Below the pieces are notes generated by a model that was not told the DNA's origin, did not search any database, and saw only the letters and a list, made by a program, of their open reading frames with translations. Below are positions 8,465-17,136 of a DNA stretch of 32,000 bases, one piece after another. Source of the DNA: Promethearchaeota archaeon (GTDB taxonomy: Archaea > Asgardarchaeota > Hermodarchaeia > Hermodarchaeales > Hermodarchaeaceae); NCBI GenBank assembly GCA_048938295.1, contig JBHLMI010000022.1:14643-46642 (forward strand), in the 5' to 3' direction. The position numbers and the translations under genes are program-made. Positions within the stretch are counted from its first letter, which is position 1; every line of letters begins with the position of its first letter.

Positions 8465-9520
8465 TTATGCTTTAGCCTTTTCCTTTAATACATCCGCAGG
8501 ATCAAATCCAAGATGCAAGGGAGGACGGGGGAACCAACAGGAAACCCAATGACCAGGTTCTAGCTCTTCTAGCGGAGGTTCTTCGCGACGGCACTTGTCC
8601 TGGGCAAATTCACAGCGTGGGGCAAAAAGACAGCCTGGTGGCGTGTTGATTGGGCTCCCAGGTTCACCAGGGAGTACTTTCCGTTTTCTTGACGTTGTTG
8701 GGTCCGGTGAGGGAACTGCGGAAATCAATGCTTGACTATAGGGATGAACAGAACTATGAATCACCTGCGTGATAGTCCCTTTCTCCATGATTTTACCTAG
8801 ATACATGATCGCGATGCGATCGCCGATATAGCTAGCTATTGACAGGTCATGGGTAACGTATACGTAAGCAATATGGAATTCTCGTCGGATTTTTTCAAGC
8901 AGATTGAGAATCTCAGAACGAATGGATACATCAAGCATAGAGACGGGTTCATCAGCAACGATGAATTCGGGGTTCACCACTATTGCGCGAGCGATTGCCA
9001 CGCGTTGTCGTTGTCCACCGCTGAGTTCATGGGGGTATCGGAAGGTAAAGTCTGCCGCTGGTACAAGTTGCACAGCTTCTAATGCACGAACCACCCTTTC
9101 TTCTTCGTCAGCAGTATCTTGAGCGATTTTGTTCAATCGAAGGGGTTCAGAAATGGTATCATAGAGACTCAGCCGTGGATTCAGTGAAGAATAGGGGTCT
9201 TGGAAAATCGTTTGCATCTTGGCCCTCAGATTTCGGAGGTGACGGCGGCTAACTTGGCCGATGTCCTCGCCACCAAATGTGACCTCACCCGCAGTGGGTT
9301 TTAAGAGTCCGATGAGGAGTCTTCCAGTCGTTGTCTTGCCGCATCCCGATTCGCCAGCAAGGCAGTAGAGTTCTTCAGGATAGATATCAAGGTCAACGCC
9401 GTCTACAGCTTTAAGATATGTTTCACCGCCAATGAGCTGAGAAAAGAATCCAGCACTGACAGAAAACCATTTTTTCAGACCACGACAAGATACAAGGGGT
9501 TGTTGCGATTTGCTCATCAT
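8465..9520 (-). CDS. Oligopeptide/dipeptide ABC transporter ATP-binding subunit (OppF/DppF-like)
   Basis: Walker A GESGCGKT, signature LSGGQRQR, Walker B VADEP and C-terminal oligo_HPY (HPYSQAL...GCLFAPRC). ATG 9520 overlaps the upstream TGA and has a GGAGG RBS. Confidence 0.95.
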   Translation of the reverse strand: MMSKSQQPLVSCRGLKKWFSVSAGFFSQLIGGETYLKAVDGVDLDIYPEELYCLAGESGCGKTTTGRLLIGLLKPTAGEVTFGGEDIGQVSRRHLRNLRAKMQTIFQDPYSSLNPRLSLYDTISEPLRLNKIAQDTADEEERVVRALEAVQLVPAADFTFRYPHELSGGQRQRVAIARAIVVNPEFIVADEPVSMLDVSIRSEILNLLEKIRREFHIAYVYVTHDLSIASYIGDRIAIMYLGKIMEKGTITQVIHSSVHPYSQALISAVPSPDPTTSRKRKVLPGEPGSPINTPPGCLFAPRCEFAQDKCRREEPPLEELEPGHWVSCWFPRPPLHLGFDPADVLKEKAKA

Positions 9521-10521
9521 TGTACCTCCTGTTTGCCCGGAGACCATTTATCATCTTTGATTCGACCACTCGCTAGATGACAAGCGGCTTTGTGTATTGG
9601 GCTAACCTCCAATAAAGGAGGATCTTCAACCGTGCAGAGATCTTGGGCATACATGCACCGAGGATGAAATCGGCAACCAGTCGGTGGATCTAGGAGGTTT
9701 GGAGGGGATCCAGGAATTGATGCCAGGGTCTGATTGCTGGATTTCTCAATGGAAGGAATTGAAGCGATGAGGCCTTGAGCATATGGATGCCAGGGTTTCT
9801 GAAAGATTTCTAGAACAGATCCAGTTTCTACGATTTTACCTGCATACATGATGATGACATGTTTGCAGGTTTCAGCCACGACGGAGAGGTCGTGGGTGAT
9901 TAGCATGAGTGTAATCCCCAATTCCTTGACGAGTCGTTTTAGCAATTGCATGATTTGAGCTTGTACAGTGACGTCTAGGGCAGTCGTGGGTTCATCAGCT
10001 ATAAGAAATTTGGGATCACAAGCCAGAGCCATTACGATCATGGCTCTTTGTTTCATGCCCCCACTGAATTCGAAAGGATAGTGGTCGATTCGGTCCGGAT
10101 CCATTCCCACGAGTTTAAAGAGTTCACGAGTTTTTTCTTTAGCCTCCTCTTTGTGGAGGGCATGATTATGTTTGAGCATCGCTTCACTGACTTGGTCGCT
10201 GACTCGGAGAATGGGATTGAGTGCATTCATGGCACCTTGGAAAACCATAGAAATATTTACCCAGCGGAAATCCCGCATCTCATCGACACTTAGCCTTGCT
10301 ATATCCTGACCATCGAAATAGATGTGCCCACTCATAATTTGTCCAGGTTCAGGAAGCATACGGAGAATGGCAAACGCAACCGTAGTTTTTCCGCATCCTG
10401 ATTCACCGACTAAACCAACGGAATCACCAGACTCAATCTCGAAGCTGATATCTTCGACAGCTCGACAATCACCCCGACGCATACAATAGTAAACTACGAG
10501 ATTTTCAACCTTTAATGACAT
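9517..10521 (-). CDS. Oligopeptide/dipeptide ABC transporter ATP-binding subunit (OppD/DppD-like)
   Basis: GESGCGKT, FSGGMKQR, IADEPTTALD and HPYAQGL...GCRFHPRC. Confidence 0.95.
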   Translation of the reverse strand: MSLKVENLVVYYCMRRGDCRAVEDISFEIESGDSVGLVGESGCGKTTVAFAILRMLPEPGQIMSGHIYFDGQDIARLSVDEMRDFRWVNISMVFQGAMNALNPILRVSDQVSEAMLKHNHALHKEEAKEKTRELFKLVGMDPDRIDHYPFEFSGGMKQRAMIVMALACDPKFLIADEPTTALDVTVQAQIMQLLKRLVKELGITLMLITHDLSVVAETCKHVIIMYAGKIVETGSVLEIFQKPWHPYAQGLIASIPSIEKSSNQTLASIPGSPPNLLDPPTGCRFHPRCMYAQDLCTVEDPPLLEVSPIHKAACHLASGRIKDDKWSPGKQEVQ

Positions 10522-10532
10522 TATGATTTCAC

Positions 10533-12044
10533 CTACAGTCTTCGAAGTCGTGGATTCAGTGCTTTATCCACTGCATACCCTATGAAGATAAAGCCCATGG
10601 AAAGCAAGGCAATACAGAGCCCAGGTGGGACAAAGAACCACCAAGCTGGAGGAATCTGTGTAAGGGCGGCTTGGTTATATGCTGCTTGTAACATACGACC
10701 CCAGGAGACAAGATTTTGCGGGGTGAGCCCGAGGAAGCTTAATCCGGCCTCTGCAAGGATTGCACCTGATACTCCTGTGGCGAGTTGTACAAATACGATA
10801 GTGAGGACGTTCGGAAAGACATGACGGAAGACTAAATAGACATCGCCTGCTCCTGCAGCTTTCGCTGCTTCGACATAGGCTTTCTCCTTTTCCACGAGGA
10901 CTTGAGAACGAATAATCCGAGCAGGACCTGGCCACGCAAATAGCGCTATTACAAACACCGTGATTCCTAGACTCGGATTCAGTATCGCGGATAATATCAT
11001 CATTACGGGAAGTGTTGGTATAATGATGAAGAAATCAGTCACCCGCATTGCCGCTTCATCAACTGCACCACCAAAATATCCTGCCGCAAGACCTAAAATT
11101 AAGCCCACTGCGACGCCAATGAAAGTGGCAATAATTCCGATATATAGAGAAACCTGTGCACCCCAGAACAGCTGCGCCATCACATCCTGACCGACATCGC
11201 TCGTTCCAAGAGGACCCCAGAAGTGGCTATAGCCTTGTAGCTGAATATCATCAGACCATAGTGATACAGTTCCAACTTGATCTTTTGATCCGGTTGGGGT
11301 GCGGAATTGCATCCAAACTCGAATCGTGACTTCCTCACCAGCTTGAAACGCGCGGTTCATCACCTGGCTTGTGAGGATGTTAGTATAAAGCCGCCAAGTG
11401 GATGGATACAGAGGATGCACAGTGAAGGTGTATTGGGACGGAGAAATTACACTAGTAAATAGTACATCATTTCGGATTTGGTAGTAGATTTGAACGGCAT
11501 TTTCAGTTAAATTCCCAGTTATTTCCACTTGGGTTCTAAAGTACAAATATGCAAGTGCTGGCGGTATATGTTCCCAGTTAAATGTTATGTCGGCATAAAC
11601 CGCTTCATCGTAGAACGTCTCATTATTGGAATTGTCAGTTAATTGTAATACGAGAGAGCGATTTCTTCCCGTAGTACTATGAGTGAAATTTGTGTAATCG
11701 TAGTAATATGAAGCCTGAGCAGATGAATCGTTTATAACCCAGCTATTATCAAAATCAAAAAAGGGGTCTGGATTAAAGTTTTGGTTAGGAGGATTTGCAA
11801 TATTATTACCTAAATCAGCAGGAGAAGTCCAAGACATCCACTGCGGGGCCGCGAAATCTGGTCCTGACCTTACCAATACTCCAGGGTAAATTGGAAACAA
11901 GGTGGGAGCTAAAACAGCCATTAAAAAAAACCAGATTACAACTATCAGGCCAAAAAGCCCTTGCTTTACTTCTCTATATCGACTCCAAACGCCCTTAGCC
12001 CGTTCAAAAATCGATAACCGATGTTTGTATTGTTTTTCGCTCAT
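10533..12044 (-). CDS. Oligopeptide ABC permease (OppC/DppC-like) with a large extracytoplasmic insertion
   Basis: LGTSDVGQDV...GAQVSL, EAA motif (YVEAAKAAGAG), SFLGL...WGRML. About 200 extra polar, beta-rich residues after TM1. Confidence 0.9.
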   Translation of the reverse strand: MSEKQYKHRLSIFERAKGVWSRYREVKQGLFGLIVVIWFFLMAVLAPTLFPIYPGVLVRSGPDFAAPQWMSWTSPADLGNNIANPPNQNFNPDPFFDFDNSWVINDSSAQASYYYDYTNFTHSTTGRNRSLVLQLTDNSNNETFYDEAVYADITFNWEHIPPALAYLYFRTQVEITGNLTENAVQIYYQIRNDVLFTSVISPSQYTFTVHPLYPSTWRLYTNILTSQVMNRAFQAGEEVTIRVWMQFRTPTGSKDQVGTVSLWSDDIQLQGYSHFWGPLGTSDVGQDVMAQLFWGAQVSLYIGIIATFIGVAVGLILGLAAGYFGGAVDEAAMRVTDFFIIIPTLPVMMILSAILNPSLGITVFVIALFAWPGPARIIRSQVLVEKEKAYVEAAKAAGAGDVYLVFRHVFPNVLTIVFVQLATGVSGAILAEAGLSFLGLTPQNLVSWGRMLQAAYNQAALTQIPPAWWFFVPPGLCIALLSMGFIFIGYAVDKALNPRLRRL

Positions 12045-12224
12045 AAGCTGATCACCCGGGAAGCCCCTGATGATGGGTACCGAAGATTTTTAATGACAAT
12101 AATCAGAGTCCGAACCTGCTTAAAAGTTATATTAAGTTGACGGTATGTGCAGGAAAACACCAAATGCCTTTATCGATGGGTTAAAACGATTTGAGTTTAT
12201 TCCAAAAACGAATGGAAAGATGAT

Positions 12225-12734
12225 GTGGATATGATACGACGGACTCGCAGTATAATTTTCCTTGCAATCATCATCGGATTTAGTTTCATCCTTAGCATCT
12301 CTGTGCTCTATGAGGGCGATACGTATCGAGCTTTCAGCTTCAATATGCAAATCACAGAGATTCATGTAGTCAAGAACGAAACTAGTGGACGGTTCCACCG
12401 AGTTGAAGTATCAGTTAATATCGATAATCCATCACTTAACACGCGGCTTCGATTTATTCACGCAGATACGCGGATTTGGTTAAATAACACACCCCTTAGG
12501 TATGGTTGGGGGGTTAAGGGTTCCTCATTTTATCTTCAGCCTGGTGAAAATCGAACTTTTAGCTTCTATTATCCCACTCCAGAAGATGACTGGGAACTGC
12601 TCCAGTGGGCTGAAGATACAAATACATGGAATTGGTTGTTATATCAAGAACCATTTGTGAATGCTGGCTTCTTGGGAAGTATCGAGGTAATACGCATCAA
12701 CACCTTTGAGGGTGTACAAATCATTCCTCCTTAA
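12225..12734 (+). CDS. Membrane-anchored beta-rich protein (LEA_2/Ig-like by inspection)
   Basis: One N-terminal TM, then alternating beta strands (VEVSVNIDNPS...IWLNN...LQPGENRTFSF). Confidence 0.6.
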   Translation: MDMIRRTRSIIFLAIIIGFSFILSISVLYEGDTYRAFSFNMQITEIHVVKNETSGRFHRVEVSVNIDNPSLNTRLRFIHADTRIWLNNTPLRYGWGVKGSSFYLQPGENRTFSFYYPTPEDDWELLQWAEDTNTWNWLLYQEPFVNAGFLGSIEVIRINTFEGVQIIPP

Positions 12735-12753
12735 GATAGGAACCAAACGGTTT

Positions 12754-13014
12754 TCAGAAAGAAGTAACCCGATCCATACTAGGTTGGATGAGAAGCTTAT
12801 CGGTTAGCCAAAGATAGAGCAGAATGATAAAAGAAAGTGCGATGAGGGCAATTCCAGCCCAGATAATGAATATTGCGAACGGACTTACAAAGGAAACCAA
12901 GACGCCAACTATGATTAAAATGATACCAATAACAATGAACCATTTTAACGTGGATCTTGTTTCAATCAGAGCACGAAACCCCATTTGCCCAGACATTGTA
13001 TTAGTCTCACCCAT
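12754..13014 (-). CDS. Small 2-TM membrane protein
   Basis: 86-aa ORF with two long hydrophobic helices that fills the gap between 12734 and the divergent permease. Confidence 0.55.
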   Translation of the reverse strand: MGETNTMSGQMGFRALIETRSTLKWFIVIGIILIIVGVLVSFVSPFAIFIIWAGIALIALSFIILLYLWLTDKLLIQPSMDRVTSF

Positions 13015-13029
13015 ATTCTATCTTATTCG

Positions 13030-13048
13030 TGTTCTAATCCATAGAACA
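13030..13048. promoter_or_regulatory. Palindrome TGTTCTA-N5-TAGAACA, possible operator
   Basis: Perfect 7-bp inverted repeat in the divergent intergenic region upstream of the DppB-like gene. Confidence 0.35.
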
Positions 13049-13131
13049 TACCTAACAAACTACCTCTTCAGTTAATTTTATTAGTCTTAGCATTTCAGAT
13101 TCCACGATAGAATCCAACCGAAGTGGTAATA

Positions 13132-14154
13132 ATGGGATTACGTACTTACCTGGTAAAAAGAATCCTTATCGCAATTGTCCTGTTCATCGCGATCGTCATC
13201 TTCAACTTTTTCTTATTCCGTTTGCCCATCTTCATATTTGGCATCGATCCAGCAATATTGTATATTCAACCAGGTATGGATATTCGAGCCATTGAACGGA
13301 TACGAGCATTATACCAGCTTCCACCTGCAAATGCGACTTGGTATGATTGGTGGCTGCATTTCCTTGCTTATGTTCGGAACATGTTTACGCTCCAATTTGG
13401 CCAAAGTTTCAGTTCAGGTAACCCCGTGGCTCAGGATATCATGGAGCGCTTACCCAATACCCTCCTCCTCATGGGCACTTCAACGATTCTAGCCGTAATC
13501 CTGGGTGTTGTCACCGGGATCATTGCCGCAAGCCGCCATGGTGGAGCACTCGACACTGGCCTCATTACAGTCAGTCTGACCCTTTACAGCGTGCCTGTCT
13601 TTTGGCTCGGAATGCTCTTTCTCCTACTCTTCTCTGTACTCCCTCAGCTTTACTTTGGATTTCCAATCTTCCCATTAGGTCACACCACTAGCGCACCAGG
13701 CCAAGTACCAAATGACCCAATATCATATTCCCTTGATGTGGCCTGGCACCTTGTCTTACCAGCATTGACTTTGACATTAGCATTCTTCGGCGGATACATG
13801 TTACTCATGCGGAACACGCTTGTCGATGTCTTAACAGAAGATTACATCACTACAGCCCGAGCAAAAGGGTTAGAAGAGCGGACCGTTTTATACAAGCATG
13901 GAGTTCGCAACGCCTTCCTGCCCCTAATCTCCCTCATTGCAATTAACTTCGCATTCATTATCAGCGGTGCAATCCTCACCGAAACTGTATTCATATGGCT
14001 CGGAATGGGACGACTTCTATATGCGTCGTTAACTTCAAATGATTGGCCCGTTGCACAAGGGATATTCTTCATGATAGCCGCAACCGTCATTGCAGCGAAT
14101 ATCATCGCAGATATTCTGTATGGTGTTCTCGACCCCCGGATAAAATATGGGTAG
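13132..14154 (+). CDS. Oligopeptide ABC permease (OppB/DppB-like)
   Basis: MGLRTYLVKR start, ERLPNTLLL, SVPVFWLG, EAA motif EDYITTARAKGL, ETVF.W.GMG and DILYGVLDPRI. Confidence 0.93.
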   Translation: MGLRTYLVKRILIAIVLFIAIVIFNFFLFRLPIFIFGIDPAILYIQPGMDIRAIERIRALYQLPPANATWYDWWLHFLAYVRNMFTLQFGQSFSSGNPVAQDIMERLPNTLLLMGTSTILAVILGVVTGIIAASRHGGALDTGLITVSLTLYSVPVFWLGMLFLLLFSVLPQLYFGFPIFPLGHTTSAPGQVPNDPISYSLDVAWHLVLPALTLTLAFFGGYMLLMRNTLVDVLTEDYITTARAKGLEERTVLYKHGVRNAFLPLISLIAINFAFIISGAILTETVFIWLGMGRLLYASLTSNDWPVAQGIFFMIAATVIAANIIADILYGVLDPRIKYG

Positions 14155-14189
14155 AAACCTTACTCCAAAATACATTAGAGGTTCTTACA

Positions 14190-14609
14190 GTGTCCTATAC
14201 AAAATACCGCATAGCATTCACAGCTTATGGTATAGCTGGTGCAGTAATCATCACAACGGCAATTCTTCATGCCACTTATACTAACCTTATTCCACCACTT
14301 ACCCAGTACGCGATTTTGCTCCTCGTCATCCCAGCATTTTTCCTCGGATTATTATGCATTGAATTCAAAGACGCAATCCTTGCGATGATAGCTACCATGC
14401 TTCTTTCAGTCTTTGCCACCGCCCTCAGCCGAGCTGCACCCGTTTTCCTGGGTATCGTCACCCAAGACGCAACTTTCTTCATCATCTCCCAGTTTGCGGT
14501 TTCTGTTCCACTTTTCTTTCCCTTGGTCATAACGTATTCCCTAGGAACTGTTGCAGGGCTTATCTTCAACGAATTCTTATTAGAACCCCGAACAAAGGAT
14601 TTAATTTAG
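14190..14609 (+). CDS. Hypothetical 4-TM membrane protein
   Basis: Hydrophobic 139-aa product from GTG 14190 (AGAGGT RBS). The upstream part of the track ORF overlaps dppB and is probably not translated. Confidence 0.6.
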   Translation: MSYTKYRIAFTAYGIAGAVIITTAILHATYTNLIPPLTQYAILLLVIPAFFLGLLCIEFKDAILAMIATMLLSVFATALSRAAPVFLGIVTQDATFFIISQFAVSVPLFFPLVITYSLGTVAGLIFNEFLLEPRTKDLI

Positions 14610-14655
14610 TCACCACCATTCTACTTGACTATTCACATCATTTAGGGACGAAAAC

Positions 14656-14940
14656 ATGACAGAGAAGCGTAAGGTTAAAGTCGTCTACCGGCGCTGGACG
14701 ATTCTAGTTCCCATTCTGTTAATGGTCATTGGATCTATACTCTTGTTTGTTTTTTGGATGAGTAATGCAGTTGTCGCCCTCTTGGGAGGTATGCTGATGC
14801 TTATTGGGGTTCTTGCACTTGGAATTCTGCTTGCGATGATAATATCCCTGGAGCTGGGTACACGAGCACTTCGAGCGCAACGCCCGGTTCCACCTCCATT
14901 AAGTGAAGATTTTGGGGAAGAGGATCAAGAAAATAGCTAG
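14656..14940 (+). CDS. Small 2-TM membrane protein with acidic tail
   Basis: Basic N-terminus, two hydrophobic helices, then a Pro/acidic C-terminus. Confidence 0.6.
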   Translation: MTEKRKVKVVYRRWTILVPILLMVIGSILLFVFWMSNAVVALLGGMLMLIGVLALGILLAMIISLELGTRALRAQRPVPPPLSEDFGEEDQENS

Positions 14941-15037
14941 AAAGACTGACTTCGTCGCGTAACTATTTACAGAATATGTCTATAAGCTGTCTGCCCTATT
15001 TGAATCGGAGCTTGGTATTGGTGTCAACGCCTCTACC

Positions 15038-15066
15038 AGAGTGTATATATATACCTCTTTATATTA
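15038..15066 (+). promoter_or_regulatory. TATA-box region with dyad symmetry upstream of the peptide-binding protein gene
   Basis: GTATATATATAC (15043-15054, self-complementary) flanked by AGAG/CTCT, then TTATATTA, about 75-85 nt before the ATG. Confidence 0.5.
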
Positions 15067-15128
15067 TGGACTCTGACCTTTAGCGGCAGTGCTAAACTGC
15101 AAGGCCGCAAGGGTAGTAAACGGAAGGA

Positions 15129-17078
15129 ATGAATTCCGAATTGTCAAAAATTAGAAAAATCTCTTTAGTGACTGCTATCGCACTAGTGGGCCTCTTCCTA
15201 TCTCTTGCGTACATCGCTCCCCAAAACGCTTCGGTCCGAGCTGATTGGACTTATCCAAGCGGTTACAATCCTCACGGTGGCTACGTTGATCGATTAACTT
15301 TCATCGTCTATCCATCGGAGGATATTGCAACAGCACTGCTTGCCCTTCAGTCTGGCGAAGTCTATTCTTATGACGAGCGAATCCCACACCAATCCGTCGC
15401 TGAGCTTGAGGCAAACCCAGCCATCACCGTCACCTCTATCGCAGGTGCTATCTATCGACAGTTAACCATGCAATGTTCACGATTCCCCACCAACATTTCC
15501 GGGTATCGTGTTGCTCTATCCTATGCGTTGGATAAAACAGTAGTTGTTGCCAATGCCCGGGGTGGATTTGCCCAACCCATGGACAACCCCATTCCCCTCC
15601 CCTACACATTCTGGACCTATGAGGACCAGATGAGTGAGCACTTCTACACCGAAGACATTACATCCGCGAACGCCACCCTCGATGCGTGGCATATTATCGA
15701 TGACCCAACTTATGCCGCAGATCCCGCTGTCCCCGATACTGAGGCTGGCTGGCGATTCTTTGATGTCAACGAGAACGGCGTCTACGACGACGGTGTTGAC
15801 AAGCGTGGTGACCTCGCTGCACCCGACGGAATGGCCATTGAACTATGGGCTTCCGCTGGTTATGACCCAGCTATCCAAGCTGTAACCGCCATGGTTGCCG
15901 GTATGGAGAAATGTGGTCTTCACGGTTCAGTTGTGGAAGTCGACTTTGATGCTCTTATTGCAGGCCTTGGTACTGGTGAATACAGCCTGGGTTGTTTCAG
16001 CTGGAACATCAATCCTCCAGGTGAACCATTCCTGCTCTATGACTTCTTCAACACTGCTGGTGACAACAACGCCTTCTTCTACCGCTACAACAACACTGAA
16101 TTCGATTACAACACCACAATGATGCTGGCAGCCCCCACCCGATTAGAGGCTCGGAACTGGGCGTGGAACGCTTGTGCGATACTCATGGAAGAAATGCCCA
16201 TGATTGTCTGCTACAACGACGAATACACGCACGCCTACCGAACTGACATCTGGGAAGGCTATGTACCACAAGTCGGTATCAACGTGATGGGTGGTCAACC
16301 GTACACATACGAGCAGGTTCGTCTGACGGCCGCAGCTGGTGGTCCCTTTGGTTGCTATCCAACCGATTACGTCACGGTGCTCTCAGAAGGTATGGACTTT
16401 ACCAACACCATCTTGAGTTCATCGGGCTACACCCAGACCATCATGGGACTCATCTACGACGCCCTATGGCGTGTCGATCCCTTGGATGAAGACTTAGGGA
16501 TTGCACCCGACCTCGCATACGATTGGACCATCACCCCCACCGTTGCTGCGGGTGATATTCAAGAAGGCTTGAAGTACACCTTCAGCCTATACGACAACAT
16601 CACCTGGCACGATGGAACACCCTTCACCTCTGAAGACGTCCAATACAGCTTGATGAACATTCACCGATGGGGTACCTACACCGCCGTCAACCTACTCAGT
16701 GTGTACCGGGTTGATATTCCAGATGACTACACTGTGGAAATCTATTCCAACAACAGTGGTTACATGGAGTTTACCCGTGCGACCAGTGTCCAGATTCTGC
16801 CCAAGCACATCTGGCAACCATATGAATCCAGTAACTTTACCTGGAGTCCTGCGACTCCCCTTGACATGAGTGGTACTGGTTCGTACAAGTGGGTTACTCG
16901 TGTGACTGAACAATACATTATTCTGGACCGGAACGCGGCATGGCACTTTGCCGTCCCGCAACCAGCCAGAACTCCGTGTCCACCCCCACCGAATCCGCTG
17001 CTCTGGGTAGGCATTGCCGTTGTGGTGATTGTCATCATCATCATCGCTGGTGTCTATTTCTTCAGAATCAGAAAGTAG
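15129..17078 (+). CDS. Family 5 (peptide/nickel) ABC substrate-binding protein with signal peptide and C-terminal TM anchor
   Basis: YRVALSYALDK, WHDGTPFTSEDVQYS and SGTGSYKW motifs. N-terminal hydrophobic signal, C-terminal PPPP linker, TM helix and RIRK tail. Confidence 0.92.
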   Translation: MNSELSKIRKISLVTAIALVGLFLSLAYIAPQNASVRADWTYPSGYNPHGGYVDRLTFIVYPSEDIATALLALQSGEVYSYDERIPHQSVAELEANPAITVTSIAGAIYRQLTMQCSRFPTNISGYRVALSYALDKTVVVANARGGFAQPMDNPIPLPYTFWTYEDQMSEHFYTEDITSANATLDAWHIIDDPTYAADPAVPDTEAGWRFFDVNENGVYDDGVDKRGDLAAPDGMAIELWASAGYDPAIQAVTAMVAGMEKCGLHGSVVEVDFDALIAGLGTGEYSLGCFSWNINPPGEPFLLYDFFNTAGDNNAFFYRYNNTEFDYNTTMMLAAPTRLEARNWAWNACAILMEEMPMIVCYNDEYTHAYRTDIWEGYVPQVGINVMGGQPYTYEQVRLTAAAGGPFGCYPTDYVTVLSEGMDFTNTILSSSGYTQTIMGLIYDALWRVDPLDEDLGIAPDLAYDWTITPTVAAGDIQEGLKYTFSLYDNITWHDGTPFTSEDVQYSLMNIHRWGTYTAVNLLSVYRVDIPDDYTVEIYSNNSGYMEFTRATSVQILPKHIWQPYESSNFTWSPATPLDMSGTGSYKWVTRVTEQYIILDRNAAWHFAVPQPARTPCPPPPNPLLWVGIAVVVIVIIIIAGVYFFRIRK

Positions 17079-17089
17079 CCTAAACATAT

Positions 17090-17125
17090 GTAGGGCTTCG
17101 GCCCTACCCCCTCTTTCTTTTTTTC
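17090..17125 (+). terminator. C(UUCG)G hairpin plus U-rich tract
   Basis: GTAGGGC-TTCG-GCCCTAC (17090-17107) followed by CCCCTCTTTCTTTTTTTC, 11 nt after the stop codon. Confidence 0.8.
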
Positions 17126-17136
17126 AGGTGAGTACA

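Noticed and set aside
1066-12105. Shared TGACAATAA..TCA motif at 1066-1079 and 12094-12105
   Set aside because: Only two AT-rich copies with different spacing, one inside a terminator loop. Compatible with chance.
12067-12115. C/D-box sRNA suggested by TGATGA at about 12068-12073
   Set aside because: No properly spaced terminal CTGA D box or plausible guide lengths.
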